Positions 1-7,563 of a stretch of 32,000 nt of DNA are shown here, in pieces. Below the pieces are notes generated by a model. That model saw only the letters and a list, made by a program, of their open reading frames with translations, was not told where the DNA came from and ran no database searches. Location of the stretch: the NCBI RefSeq assembly GCF_000021725.1, contig NC_012115.1, positions 975,408-1,007,407 of the forward strand, in the 5' to 3' direction. The stretch's first letter is position 1. Each line of letters opens with the position of its first letter. The DNA is from Nautilia profundicola AmH. Lineage in GTDB: Bacteria > Campylobacterota > Campylobacteria > Campylobacterales > Nautiliaceae. The position numbers and the translations under genes are program-made.

Positions 1-140
1 GGACTTCCTGTATATCTGCACCCGAGTCTTTCCACATCGTATCTCGGTATCATGGCAGTTGTCGCCAGTTCCACGTCACACCCGTTGCAACTGCCTGTAT
101 TGATTCTGAATAAAAACGGGCTTCTTGTAATAATACTCAT
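1..140 (-). CDS. Group 4 membrane-bound [NiFe]-hydrogenase small subunit (NuoB/EchC/HycG family), N-terminal fragment; the gene runs off the left edge
   Basis: Not in the ORF track because it is truncated. The reverse complement of 1-140 reads MSIITRSPFLFRINTGSCNGCDVELATTAMIPRYDVERLGCRYTGS. The SCNGCD-E ... YD-ER-G pattern is typical of NuoB-type hydrogenase small subunits. Its ATG (138-140) overlaps the TGA (137-139) of the upstream gene (ATGA coupling). Confidence 0.8.
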   Translation of the reverse strand, partial: MSIITRSPFLFRINTGSCNGCDVELATTAMIPRYDVERLGCRYTGS

Positions 141-1096
141 ATCAGTCCTTTTACAGATAAAATCACTAAAACAAGCGTAATCAAGCTAAGAGTTGTAGGA
201 ACGATAAGTAAAAACTTAAACGCCTGGTCGATTCTGTAGCTTGGCAGAATTGCATGTATTAAAGAAAAAAACATTACAAATACCACCGTTTTAGCTATAA
301 ACCATAACAGGTTTAACATCGCATCATCCGCAATCACCACCGGGAAAAAGAAAATTTGAAACACGATACTCAAAAGTACTATTTTAAGAGCGTCTGTCAT
401 TTCATAAATTGCAAGAGGAATTGAGCTGTGTTCTATTAAAAATCCGTCCATTACGTCGGCGTCGTTATGATGCGCTATTTGAAACGGAGGCAATTCAAGC
501 GTAGCAAGAACAAAAATAACAAAAGCTATCACCGCCGGCCAGAATTTCCAATCAAGCAGAAAACTTCCGTGAGTCTGCTGATATTGCATAATTTTTTTAA
601 GTGAAAACACAGCATCGCCGTGCCCTACATATAGTGCGATACTAAAAGCGATAATCACAAACACCATCTCATACACAAGCATCAACTTAAGTTCCCTATT
701 TACCGCAATCGCCGCATAAGGAGAACTTGAAGCACCACCGCCTAAAATATGTGCAATAGCAGGAAGCGCCATTACGTAAATCAGCAGTATCAAATCGCTG
801 TTAACACCGCTTCCTTCATATACACCGGGAATCGGAATAAAGTATAACATCGCAAGCATTCCCGCAAACCCGATTAACGGAGCGTATTTAAACACACTCT
901 CTTTTGCGTCTTTGGGAATTAATATTTCTTTATTAAAAAGTTTAACGACATCAATGAAGTTTTGATAAATCGGAGGTCCTACACGCCCCTGCAGCCTCGC
1001 AACCACAATTCTTTCAAGAGACAGCATAAAAATACCGAGTGCCAGGGCAAAAAGCCCTCCGGGAAAAATCAGAAAATGAATTATATTAGCGCTCAA
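137..1096 (-). CDS. Hydrogenase membrane subunit, NuoH/EchB/HycD family
   Basis: 319-aa polytopic membrane protein. The N-terminal region (ERIVVARLQGRVGPP ... PLIGFAG) resembles complex-I subunit 1 / HycD. It sits between the antiporter-like subunit and the NuoB-like subunit, matching the echA-echB-echC order. Confidence 0.8.
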   Translation of the reverse strand: MSANIIHFLIFPGGLFALALGIFMLSLERIVVARLQGRVGPPIYQNFIDVVKLFNKEILIPKDAKESVFKYAPLIGFAGMLAMLYFIPIPGVYEGSGVNSDLILLIYVMALPAIAHILGGGASSSPYAAIAVNRELKLMLVYEMVFVIIAFSIALYVGHGDAVFSLKKIMQYQQTHGSFLLDWKFWPAVIAFVIFVLATLELPPFQIAHHNDADVMDGFLIEHSSIPLAIYEMTDALKIVLLSIVFQIFFFPVVIADDAMLNLLWFIAKTVVFVMFFSLIHAILPSYRIDQAFKFLLIVPTTLSLITLVLVILSVKGLI

Positions 1097-4000
1097 CGTA
1101 TCCTCCTTTTAATCCGAATACTTTTTTTGTGATACGGATAATTTTTTCGATCAGCTCTATTACGCTTTCATAGAAGTTATGGGATTTGATATGCAGATCT
1201 TTTTCACTTAAATCCCTTACACCTGATAGGAAAATATGGGTTTTTCTTGTTTTTTTGTTGTATAAAAACATCAGATAACCGATAACCAAAGCCGCAATCA
1301 GATACGCTGCAAGCGTAAACAGGTTAAGATTGTCCCCTCCCATGCATACGGATGTTGCGCTTATGCATATTGTGTTGAATCCGAAAGTCTCTAAGATCAT
1401 ATTGATAGGTTTAAGTGCAAGATACGGGAATATTCCCAAGATAATATTTAAAACCGCCAAAATTATCATAGGAACAGACATGAAAAGATCTACTTTTTCT
1501 ATTTTTTCAAAACTTTTATCCATTTTTCCGAAATATGCACTGTGCATAAATTTAACAAATACAAGAAGAATCATTACGCTTCCAAGAATCGTAAGAATCG
1601 CCAAGAACACATACCCTTTAGCCATAAGTGCATGATAAATCATCCATTTTGATACAAAGCCGCTAAACATCGGAACACCGGCAGTCGCAAACACAGCCAC
1701 CATAAACACCGCAAAAGTAATAGGCATTTTACGTGCGATTCCTCCGAGTTTATCTAAACTGTCGATTCCAGTTTTATAAAAAATAGCACCTGCACTCAAA
1801 AACAGCAGGTCTTTAAAAAACATATGGTTAATTAAATGAAGCATTCCCCCGGCAAGCCCTTCGCTTGTTACAAGGGAAACACCGGCTACGATATATCCGA
1901 TTTCGGCAACCGTTAAGAAAATAAGAAGTCTTTTCATAGAATTTGTAAGAAGTCCGAAACTTGCCCCCATGATAATGGTGATCACACCCACAACAGCCGC
2001 AAAATGGGCAATCGAATCGATTGCGAGCATTTTAGTAAGGCTCATACCAGCGGCTATCAGATAAAACATCATAATCAGCATAAAAGGCCCGGTTTTTAGC
2101 ATCACTGATGAAATATATCCGCTAATAGGAGTCGGAGCGGGTTTCGGGTGCATTTGATAATCGATTCTGACAGGAAACTGTGCAGCTTTTGCAAGGAATC
2201 CTACAGTTAAAAGTGCAACCGCGAAAATTGTGTAACTTGTTAAAGGCATCATTTCAAACACGTCAAAATAACTTCCGTAATGCATTACGATGCTGAGTCC
2301 TATCATAATAACACCGGCACCGGCAAAATTGTAAATAAGATATTTACTGGCTTCAGTAATTGAATATGAATCCTCTTCATGAACAAGCGCAATATACAGC
2401 GCCCATCCGCCCATTATCTCCCAGTAAAAGAACATCGAATAAATACTGTCACTTAAACTAACCCCTATAATACCTATAATCATTATCATAAAGTTTGCAA
2501 AAAACCTGTACGGTTTATGTGAGTGATCCATATACCTCGCCGCATATAAAAAGTTTAAAACAGCCATAAACAGCACAAGAGCCGCAAAAAATTCACTGAT
2601 ACCGAAACTGTTTCTAAGAACACTCAAAAACGCCAGGAATGAAAAACTCGCAGCCAAAATTCCGGCGTTTTTACTTGTTTTTCCAAAGAAAAACACAACC
2701 GCCGCACCTATAATCATTATAGTAACGCTAAGAGGAATATGCAATGCAAATTCCGGCTGAATTACATTTGCGTGAATTGTAGCGCTTATTGCCTGATTTA
2801 TAAACCCTAAAACGGCATTTGGGAAAATACCGAGTAAAAACGAAATAAACGCCAACAGATAAACAACACCGAGTTTGAGCCCGCCTACATTTTTAAACTC
2901 TTTAGAAGAATTATATAAGAAGATATATTTAAATACCCTGAGCATCCCGATAAATCCGATAACGGCACCTGCTATAAGTCCGAAAGCCGCAAGGTAATTA
3001 TGAGTATCCGTAGCGGCAAATATCATTAAAAACTTAGAGTTAAAATTCCCAAAAGGTGGAAATGCACTTATAGCAAAGATGCCTATTCCCAAAGGAAATG
3101 CGAGGATCGGCAGTTTTTTACCTATACCTTTTAAATCGTCAAGGTTTCTACTACCGGCACTCATTATTAAAAGACCGGCACTTAAAAATAAAAGATCTTT
3201 TACCACCGCATGGTTGATAATATGATACAGCGCCCCACTTAAAGCTGCTGTGCTCATTAGTCCTAAAACCGTGATAATTTCACCGATTTGTCCTATGGTG
3301 GAATATGCCAGAAGCCTTTTTAGATCTTTTTCAAAAAGTGTTTTAATCTCACCGTAAAAAAGTGTCACAAGTCCTATTCCTATCAACAGATAAGAAAAAA
3401 CAAGCGCATGAAAATTAAATATATAAACGATTGCGATTATTCCGAAAATCCCGGCTTTGGTTAAGATACCGGAAAGCGGCGCGGAAATACTGCTCGGTGC
3501 TTCAGGGTGTGCCACAGGCAGCCATTTGTGCATCGGCACCATACCCGCTTTTACCCCGAAACCAAGCATTAACAGTATCGCAGTGCTTAAAGAAAGGTTT
3601 TTAACTTCCGAGAAACTCTCAATCCCAAAAGCGTAAAAATTAGAAAACGCAAGCTGAAGAAGATACGCACCGGCAATACACATTACAAAATAAAGTTTTG
3701 CCGCACTTATCGACTCATCGCTTCTTGAATGCATAATGAGCAGATATGAAGATATTGTCATAAGCTCCCAAAACAGATAAAAACTCTCAAAACTTTCACT
3801 CATTGCAACTTCAATCAGTGCAACACCCAAAACCGCCAAAGCGGAATAATAAAATGTTTTATATGTTTTTATATAATCAAACGAATATAAAAACACCATT
3901 GTGATTATAAAAGCAAAAATCAATGCAAAAATGCCTCTGATTCCGTGATAATCAAACCCAAACGCCAAATGGAAAGAATTTATATTACTGAAGAGTTTAG

Positions 4001-4571
4001 GAATTATCAGATAAACCTGAGGCAAAACAAAAACCGCAACACCAGCCAGTGTAAAAATCCCGACAGGCAGTATGTTTTTTACTTTATCCAGTACGTTTTC
4101 ACCTTTTGCAAAAACGATTTTTTCAAAAAGCGTAATTAAATAAACCGCCTGAATAATATTTATCGCCACAATCATATATCCAAGCTCAAACATTCCCGAA
4201 CATGTAAATGAATTCAAAATCAACTGTTTGGAAGTAATAAGAGAAACGCCCAAACTTCCAAAAACAGCAAACCCGAACACTGCACCCCATTTGTTAAATC
4301 CGACACCTTTTAAATCCTGCAGATTTGTTGAGTTTTTAAAATTAAAAAACTCATACAGCATCAAAAACGCCAGAATTCTGAAAACAGCCTGATATTCAAT
4401 ATGCAGTATTGCCGCACTAAGTGCGGAAGAACCTAAAAAAGCTATACCAAGATACAGCACTTCAGCAGTACTTGCAACAATAAACGACTTTTTTACGTCA
4501 TTTACGTTTATTAAAGCAAACACTTTGAGTGCGAGAATAGCTAATAAAAACAAAAATACGACAGCTTCCAC
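1086..4571 (-). CDS. Hydrogenase membrane subunit with two fused NuoL/M/N (Mrp antiporter-like, EchA/HyfB-type) modules
   Basis: 1163-aa ORF. It shows two separate sets of antiporter-module motifs. Set 1: WELMTISSYLLI, KAGMVPMHKWLPVAHPEAPSSISAPLSG, LLAYSTIGQIG, HIINHAVVKDLLFLSAG. Set 2: WEIMGGWALYI, AKAAQFPVRIDYQMHPKPAPTPISGYISS, RLLIFLTVAEIGY, HLINHMFFKDLLFLSAG, FSGFVSKW. The track starts at GTG 4577, but GGAG (4577-4580) overlaps that codon. GTG at 4569-4571, with 5-nt spacing from the GGAG, is the more likely start. Confidence 0.8.
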   Translation of the reverse strand: MEAVVFLFLLAILALKVFALINVNDVKKSFIVASTAEVLYLGIAFLGSSALSAAILHIEYQAVFRILAFLMLYEFFNFKNSTNLQDLKGVGFNKWGAVFGFAVFGSLGVSLITSKQLILNSFTCSGMFELGYMIVAINIIQAVYLITLFEKIVFAKGENVLDKVKNILPVGIFTLAGVAVFVLPQVYLIIPKLFSNINSFHLAFGFDYHGIRGIFALIFAFIITMVFLYSFDYIKTYKTFYYSALAVLGVALIEVAMSESFESFYLFWELMTISSYLLIMHSRSDESISAAKLYFVMCIAGAYLLQLAFSNFYAFGIESFSEVKNLSLSTAILLMLGFGVKAGMVPMHKWLPVAHPEAPSSISAPLSGILTKAGIFGIIAIVYIFNFHALVFSYLLIGIGLVTLFYGEIKTLFEKDLKRLLAYSTIGQIGEIITVLGLMSTAALSGALYHIINHAVVKDLLFLSAGLLIMSAGSRNLDDLKGIGKKLPILAFPLGIGIFAISAFPPFGNFNSKFLMIFAATDTHNYLAAFGLIAGAVIGFIGMLRVFKYIFLYNSSKEFKNVGGLKLGVVYLLAFISFLLGIFPNAVLGFINQAISATIHANVIQPEFALHIPLSVTIMIIGAAVVFFFGKTSKNAGILAASFSFLAFLSVLRNSFGISEFFAALVLFMAVLNFLYAARYMDHSHKPYRFFANFMIMIIGIIGVSLSDSIYSMFFYWEIMGGWALYIALVHEEDSYSITEASKYLIYNFAGAGVIMIGLSIVMHYGSYFDVFEMMPLTSYTIFAVALLTVGFLAKAAQFPVRIDYQMHPKPAPTPISGYISSVMLKTGPFMLIMMFYLIAAGMSLTKMLAIDSIAHFAAVVGVITIIMGASFGLLTNSMKRLLIFLTVAEIGYIVAGVSLVTSEGLAGGMLHLINHMFFKDLLFLSAGAIFYKTGIDSLDKLGGIARKMPITFAVFMVAVFATAGVPMFSGFVSKWMIYHALMAKGYVFLAILTILGSVMILLVFVKFMHSAYFGKMDKSFEKIEKVDLFMSVPMIILAVLNIILGIFPYLALKPINMILETFGFNTICISATSVCMGGDNLNLFTLAAYLIAALVIGYLMFLYNKKTRKTHIFLSGVRDLSEKDLHIKSHNFYESVIELIEKIIRITKKVFGLKGGYVER

Positions 4572-4584
4572 TCTCACTCCTTTA

Positions 4585-4598
4585 AATGATTAATCATT
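4585..4598. promoter_or_regulatory. Perfect 14-bp palindrome AATGATT/AATCATT (Fur-box-like half-sites) just upstream of the hydrogenase operon RBS
   Basis: Read directly from the sequence. A possible minus-strand -10 (TAAAAT, plus coordinates 4602-4607) would place the transcription start inside the palindrome. An extra AATGATT half-site lies at 4661-4667. Confidence 0.3.
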
Positions 4599-4710
4599 CA
4601 TATTTTAAAATGAAATTAATTTATTTTTAAGTTAAAAGAGAGTTATAATTAAAATTAATGAATGATTGTTTATTTTCTACACATAAAAAGATAAAAAAAG
4701 TTTTTTTGTC

Positions 4711-4728
4711 CATTGATTATAATCAATG
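4711..4728. promoter_or_regulatory. FNR/Crp-type operator candidate CATTGAT-TATA-ATCAATG (TTGAT-N4-ATCAA core)
   Basis: Perfect 18-bp palindrome in the divergent intergenic region. Its centre (4719.5) is 36.5-41.5 bp upstream of the start sites implied by the two candidate -10 hexamers of the chemoreceptor gene. It has the same architecture as the box at 17340-17357. Confidence 0.45.
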
Positions 4729-4740
4729 CTCTTTTAGAAA

Positions 4741-4754
4741 TGTTATAATAGAAT
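4741..4754 (+). promoter_or_regulatory. Candidate -10 region for the chemoreceptor gene
   Basis: Extended -10 TGTTATAAT (4741-4749) overlaps an alternative TAGAAT (4749-4754). They lie 24-29 nt upstream of ATG 4778. An AAAGG RBS is at 4767-4771. Confidence 0.4.
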
Positions 4755-4777
4755 TAAATAAAAATTAAAGGCTGATC

Positions 4778-6727
4778 ATGCGCTTTAAAGATATATCCAT
4801 TTCGAAAAAAATCCATTATCCTTTGATTGGTGCTATTATAATTGGTATTATCATTATGGTTGTGATAAGTTATACTTCAACTTTAAATATTAAAAAGGAA
4901 ATTTTCAATAACACCAAAAAAGATTTAATCAGTCTTTTTAATTTAAAAATGGAAGCAAAAAAAGACGTTGGACTTACTAACTCAATTGCCATAGCACAAA
5001 ATTCTGCAGTAATAAAAGCTTTACAAACAGGAGACAGGGAAATAGCATTAAAATCATTAAAAAATCTAACTGCTTATTATAAAAAATACACAAAATTTAA
5101 AAACATAAAAATACATATCCATACAGCTGATCTGCATTCATTTCTAAGAGTTTGGAAACCGAACAAACACGGTGATGATTTAAGCGGGTTTAGAAAGACA
5201 ATAGTTTGGGTTAAAGAACACAAAAAGCCACTTGTAGCGATAGAACTCGGTCGTGCGGGACTGGTACTCAGAGGAATTTCCCCTGTAATTTACAATAACC
5301 AATACTTAGGCAGTATTGAATTTATGCAAGGACTTAATTCAATTGCAAAAGATTTAAAAAAAGAAAATATTTATACTTTGATTATTTTTGATAAAAAGTA
5401 TCTAAATATTGCAACTTTTCTTAAAAACGCACCTGAAATTATGCAAAATTATGTATTGGCATTAAAAACAGGAGTATATGACATTAACTTTTTTCAAGAA
5501 CTTAAAAACAAAAAATTACAAAACATACTTAAAACTGAAAACTTCTTCTGTGTTTCGATACCAATAAAAGATTTTAGCGGAAACATTGTAGCATATGCCA
5601 TTTTAGGTAAACCCCTTAACTTAATTGAAGGAGCTATCAAAGAGAGCGAAACAACACTCATATATCAATTAATAGCAATGCTTATAATAGATATATTTAT
5701 TGTAGTAATTCTTATGGTAATAATTTCTAAAAGTGTAGCCAAACCAATCAAAGAATTAAATGAAAGAGTTGAAGATTTAGCAGAAGGTGAAGGTGATTTA
5801 ACAAAAAAAATCATGGCTGATTCGCATGATGAAATAGGAACTGTTTCATCAAATATTAATAAATTCCTTGATAAACTCAGAAACATTATAAACTCTTTAA
5901 AAGAATTAATTTCCCAAACAGTCTCTATTACAAATCAAACAGATAAAGTTACCAAAAAAGTAAAAAACTCTATTGAAAAACAAACAAAACTTTTAAACAA
6001 TGCAAAATCTTTTACCCAAAATATTGAAGAAGATGTCGAATCTACCAAACAGATAGTTTTAAAAACTGCAGAAGACATAAAAAACACTCAGCAGGTATTG
6101 GAAGATTTAGCAACATCTTTAAATAGTATTGTCACGAATATTCAAAACAATACAAATCAAGAGTTAGAAATTTCCAATAAAGTCACTATGCTTGCTGATC
6201 AATCTAACCAAATTAAAGAAATAATAAATATTATTAAAGAAATAGCCGATCAGACTAATCTCTTAGCACTTAATGCTGCAATAGAGGCGGCAAGAGCCGG
6301 TGAACACGGAAGAGGTTTTGCCGTGGTTGCGGATGAAGTTAGAAAACTTGCCGAAAGAACACAAAAAAGTTTAAGTGAAATAGACAGTGCTATAGGTATT
6401 ATCGTACAAGGAATTATGGAAACTCAAAGTGAAATTCAAAATAATGCCAAAGATTCCGAAGAGCTTTCAAATATTGCATACAGCCTAATAGAAAAATCAA
6501 ACAACAGTATGTCAAAACTAAATACGACTATTGAAATTGCAGATCAGGCTAAAAAAGAGAGTGAAAATATTTACAATTCCATTAAAGAACTTGTAAAAAT
6601 TATTGATAATTTAAGTAAAGAAGCTGATATCAGTAAAGAAGCAATTAAAGAGCTAAATGCTATTGTGTCAAAATTGGATTCAATTACAAAAAACCTTTCT
6701 AATGAAGTTAATAATTTTAAATCTTAA
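4778..6727 (+). CDS. Methyl-accepting chemotaxis protein with periplasmic Cache-type sensor, HAMP and MCP signalling domains
   Basis: 649 aa. It has an N-terminal TM segment, a roughly 250-aa extracytoplasmic region ([20 protein letters not shown] motif typical of Cache-type sensors) and a second TM segment. It also has the highly conserved MCP hairpin [37 protein letters not shown]. Confidence 0.9.
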   Translation: MRFKDISISKKIHYPLIGAIIIGIIIMVVISYTSTLNIKKEIFNNTKKDLISLFNLKMEAKKDVGLTNSIAIAQNSAVIKALQTGDREIALKSLKNLTAYYKKYTKFKNIKIHIHTADLHSFLRVWKPNKHGDDLSGFRKTIVWVKEHKKPLVAIELGRAGLVLRGISPVIYNNQYLGSIEFMQGLNSIAKDLKKENIYTLIIFDKKYLNIATFLKNAPEIMQNYVLALKTGVYDINFFQELKNKKLQNILKTENFFCVSIPIKDFSGNIVAYAILGKPLNLIEGAIKESETTLIYQLIAMLIIDIFIVVILMVIISKSVAKPIKELNERVEDLAEGEGDLTKKIMADSHDEIGTVSSNINKFLDKLRNIINSLKELISQTVSITNQTDKVTKKVKNSIEKQTKLLNNAKSFTQNIEEDVESTKQIVLKTAEDIKNTQQVLEDLATSLNSIVTNIQNNTNQELEISNKVTMLADQSNQIKEIINIIKEIADQTNLLALNAAIEAARAGEHGRGFAVVADEVRKLAERTQKSLSEIDSAIGIIVQGIMETQSEIQNNAKDSEELSNIAYSLIEKSNNSMSKLNTTIEIADQAKKESENIYNSIKELVKIIDNLSKEADISKEAIKELNAIVSKLDSITKNLSNEVNNFKS

Positions 6728-7149
6728 TCCCTTTTAGGGATTTCTTCTATAATCTCCACATCAATAATTTCCGCATCGTCATTGTAATAATGAGTACCGT
6801 GATAAACGTTGTTTCTTTTTAAAAATTTTCTTGCAAACCATTTCGCAAACGGTTCAAACATTAAAAGAAGCCCTACAAAATCGCTGAAAACACCCGGAAT
6901 AAAAAGTAAAATCGCACCGATTAATTTAAAAAGCCCTATTGAAATAAATTCCTCTTCGCTGATTTCCCTGCGCATTACACGCTGCATACTCTCAGCCATT
7001 GAAAAATTAAGGGTTCTAATAATAGTAATTCCCGCAACCGCCGTAATTAAAACTTCCAAAAAAAGCCCGAATGGTGTAAACACTTTCGCAAACTCATAAG
7101 AAAAAAATATCTCCAAAAAAAGATACACCAAAAAATATATTAGTCCCAT
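6724..7149 (-). CDS. fxsA: FxsA-family cytoplasmic membrane protein
   Basis: 141 aa. The N-terminus [38 protein letters not shown] and [13 protein letters not shown] match the FxsA/UPF0716 pattern. RBS GAGGTG precedes the ATG. Confidence 0.7.
   Translation of the reverse strand: MGLIYFLVYLFLEIFFSYEFAKVFTPFGLFLEVLITAVAGITIIRTLNFSMAESMQRVMRREISEEEFISIGLFKLIGAILLFIPGVFSDFVGLLLMFEPFAKWFARKFLKRNNVYHGTHYYNDDAEIIDVEIIEEIPKRD
6726..6742. terminator. Hairpin AATCCCT-TTT-AGGGATT at the convergent MCP/fxsA junction (possible bidirectional terminator)
   Basis: 7-bp stem with a 3-nt loop, read directly. It overlaps both stop codons and the last fxsA codons. It is followed by a T-rich stretch on the plus strand. 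There is no strong U-tract. Confidence 0.3.
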
Positions 7150-7152
7150 AGA

Positions 7153-7539
7153 TCACCTCTTCATTAATATCAAATCAAGCTTTTTAAAACCTAATTTTTC
7201 ATAATAATCTTTCATCTCCTCTAAACAATAAAGCTCAAACCCTGCAACATTTCTTAATTTCGGATGATTAAAAACCTCATTTAATAAAATTTTACTTACA
7301 CCATCTCCTCTATAATTTTTATCGACAATTACGTCAAAAATCAATGCTTTATAAACTAAATCACTTAAAACCCGGCAAAATGCTATCAGCTTATCATCTT
7401 TAACTATACCGAAAACAAAAGTGGTGTTTTGAAGCATTTTTATAACGTCACCCTTGCTTCTTTTATCACTCCACCACTCGTTTTTGTAAAGAGCCATCAA
7501 ATCATCAATATAATCATACACATCAAAGATGATTTTCAA
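7153..7539 (-). CDS. GNAT-family N-acetyltransferase
   Basis: 128 aa. The acetyl-CoA binding segment VDKNYRGDGVSKILLNEV (Q/R-x-x-G-x-G/A type) and the C-terminal YEKLGFK are typical of GNAT proteins. The start is TTG (7537-7539), with GGAG 9 nt upstream. Confidence 0.8.
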   Translation of the reverse strand: MKIIFDVYDYIDDLMALYKNEWWSDKRSKGDVIKMLQNTTFVFGIVKDDKLIAFCRVLSDLVYKALIFDVIVDKNYRGDGVSKILLNEVFNHPKLRNVAGFELYCLEEMKDYYEKLGFKKLDLILMKR

Positions 7540-7563
7540 TTCTCAATTCTCCATTCTCAATTA
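7536..7563. repeat. Tandem heptamer TCAATTC x4 (two exact copies, two with one mismatch each)
   Basis: The units are tcaattc, tcaattc, tccattc, tcaatta. The repeat spans the proS stop codon (TGA, 7557-7559), the GGAG RBS (7549-7552) and the TTG start of the GNAT gene (7537-7539). Confidence 0.8.

Noticed and set aside
1330-4139. Plus-strand ORFs 1330-1635 and 3945-4139 lying antisense inside the large hydrogenase membrane gene. Similar antisense ORFs are 5665-5886, 6809-7099, 7429-7941, 8031-9258, 10105-10347, 11823-12131, 12246-12645, 14189-15571, 18788-19093, 19426-19789, 20297-21503, 24478-25725, 25726-26049, 27102-27468, 28652-28834, 29162-30446 and 31287-31897.
   Set aside because: All lie fully or largely within well-supported genes on the opposite strand or in another frame. 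They have low-complexity Ser/Phe/Leu/Ile-rich translations typical of shadow ORFs in AT-rich DNA, and they lack RBSs.
4585-4598. The AATGATTAATCATT palindrome as an RNA thermometer or hairpin in the hydrogenase 5' UTR
   Set aside because: As RNA it could form only a 5-bp stem made almost entirely of A-U pairs (one G-C), with a 4-nt loop. That would be unstable, especially in a thermophile. A DNA operator is the more plausible reading.
4578-4777. The 200-bp AT-rich divergent intergenic region as a possible replication origin or an sRNA or tRNA locus
   Set aside because: There is no dnaA nearby and only a single one-mismatch DnaA-box-like sequence. No tRNA-like GC-rich stems are present. The content is adequately explained by two divergent promoters plus operator palindromes.
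7153-7539. The GNAT gene as a GNAT-type toxin of a toxin-antitoxin pair
   Set aside because: There is no small RHH or HTH antitoxin gene adjacent. The flanking genes are proS and fxsA, in an operon-like arrangement.
7536-7563. The possibility that the short tandem repeats (7536-7563, 24112-24143, 25358-25388) are CRISPR-like or minisatellite arrays
   Set aside because: The units are only 7-8 nt, there are no spacers, and each array is about 30 nt long. They are simple tandem repeats, not CRISPR arrays.
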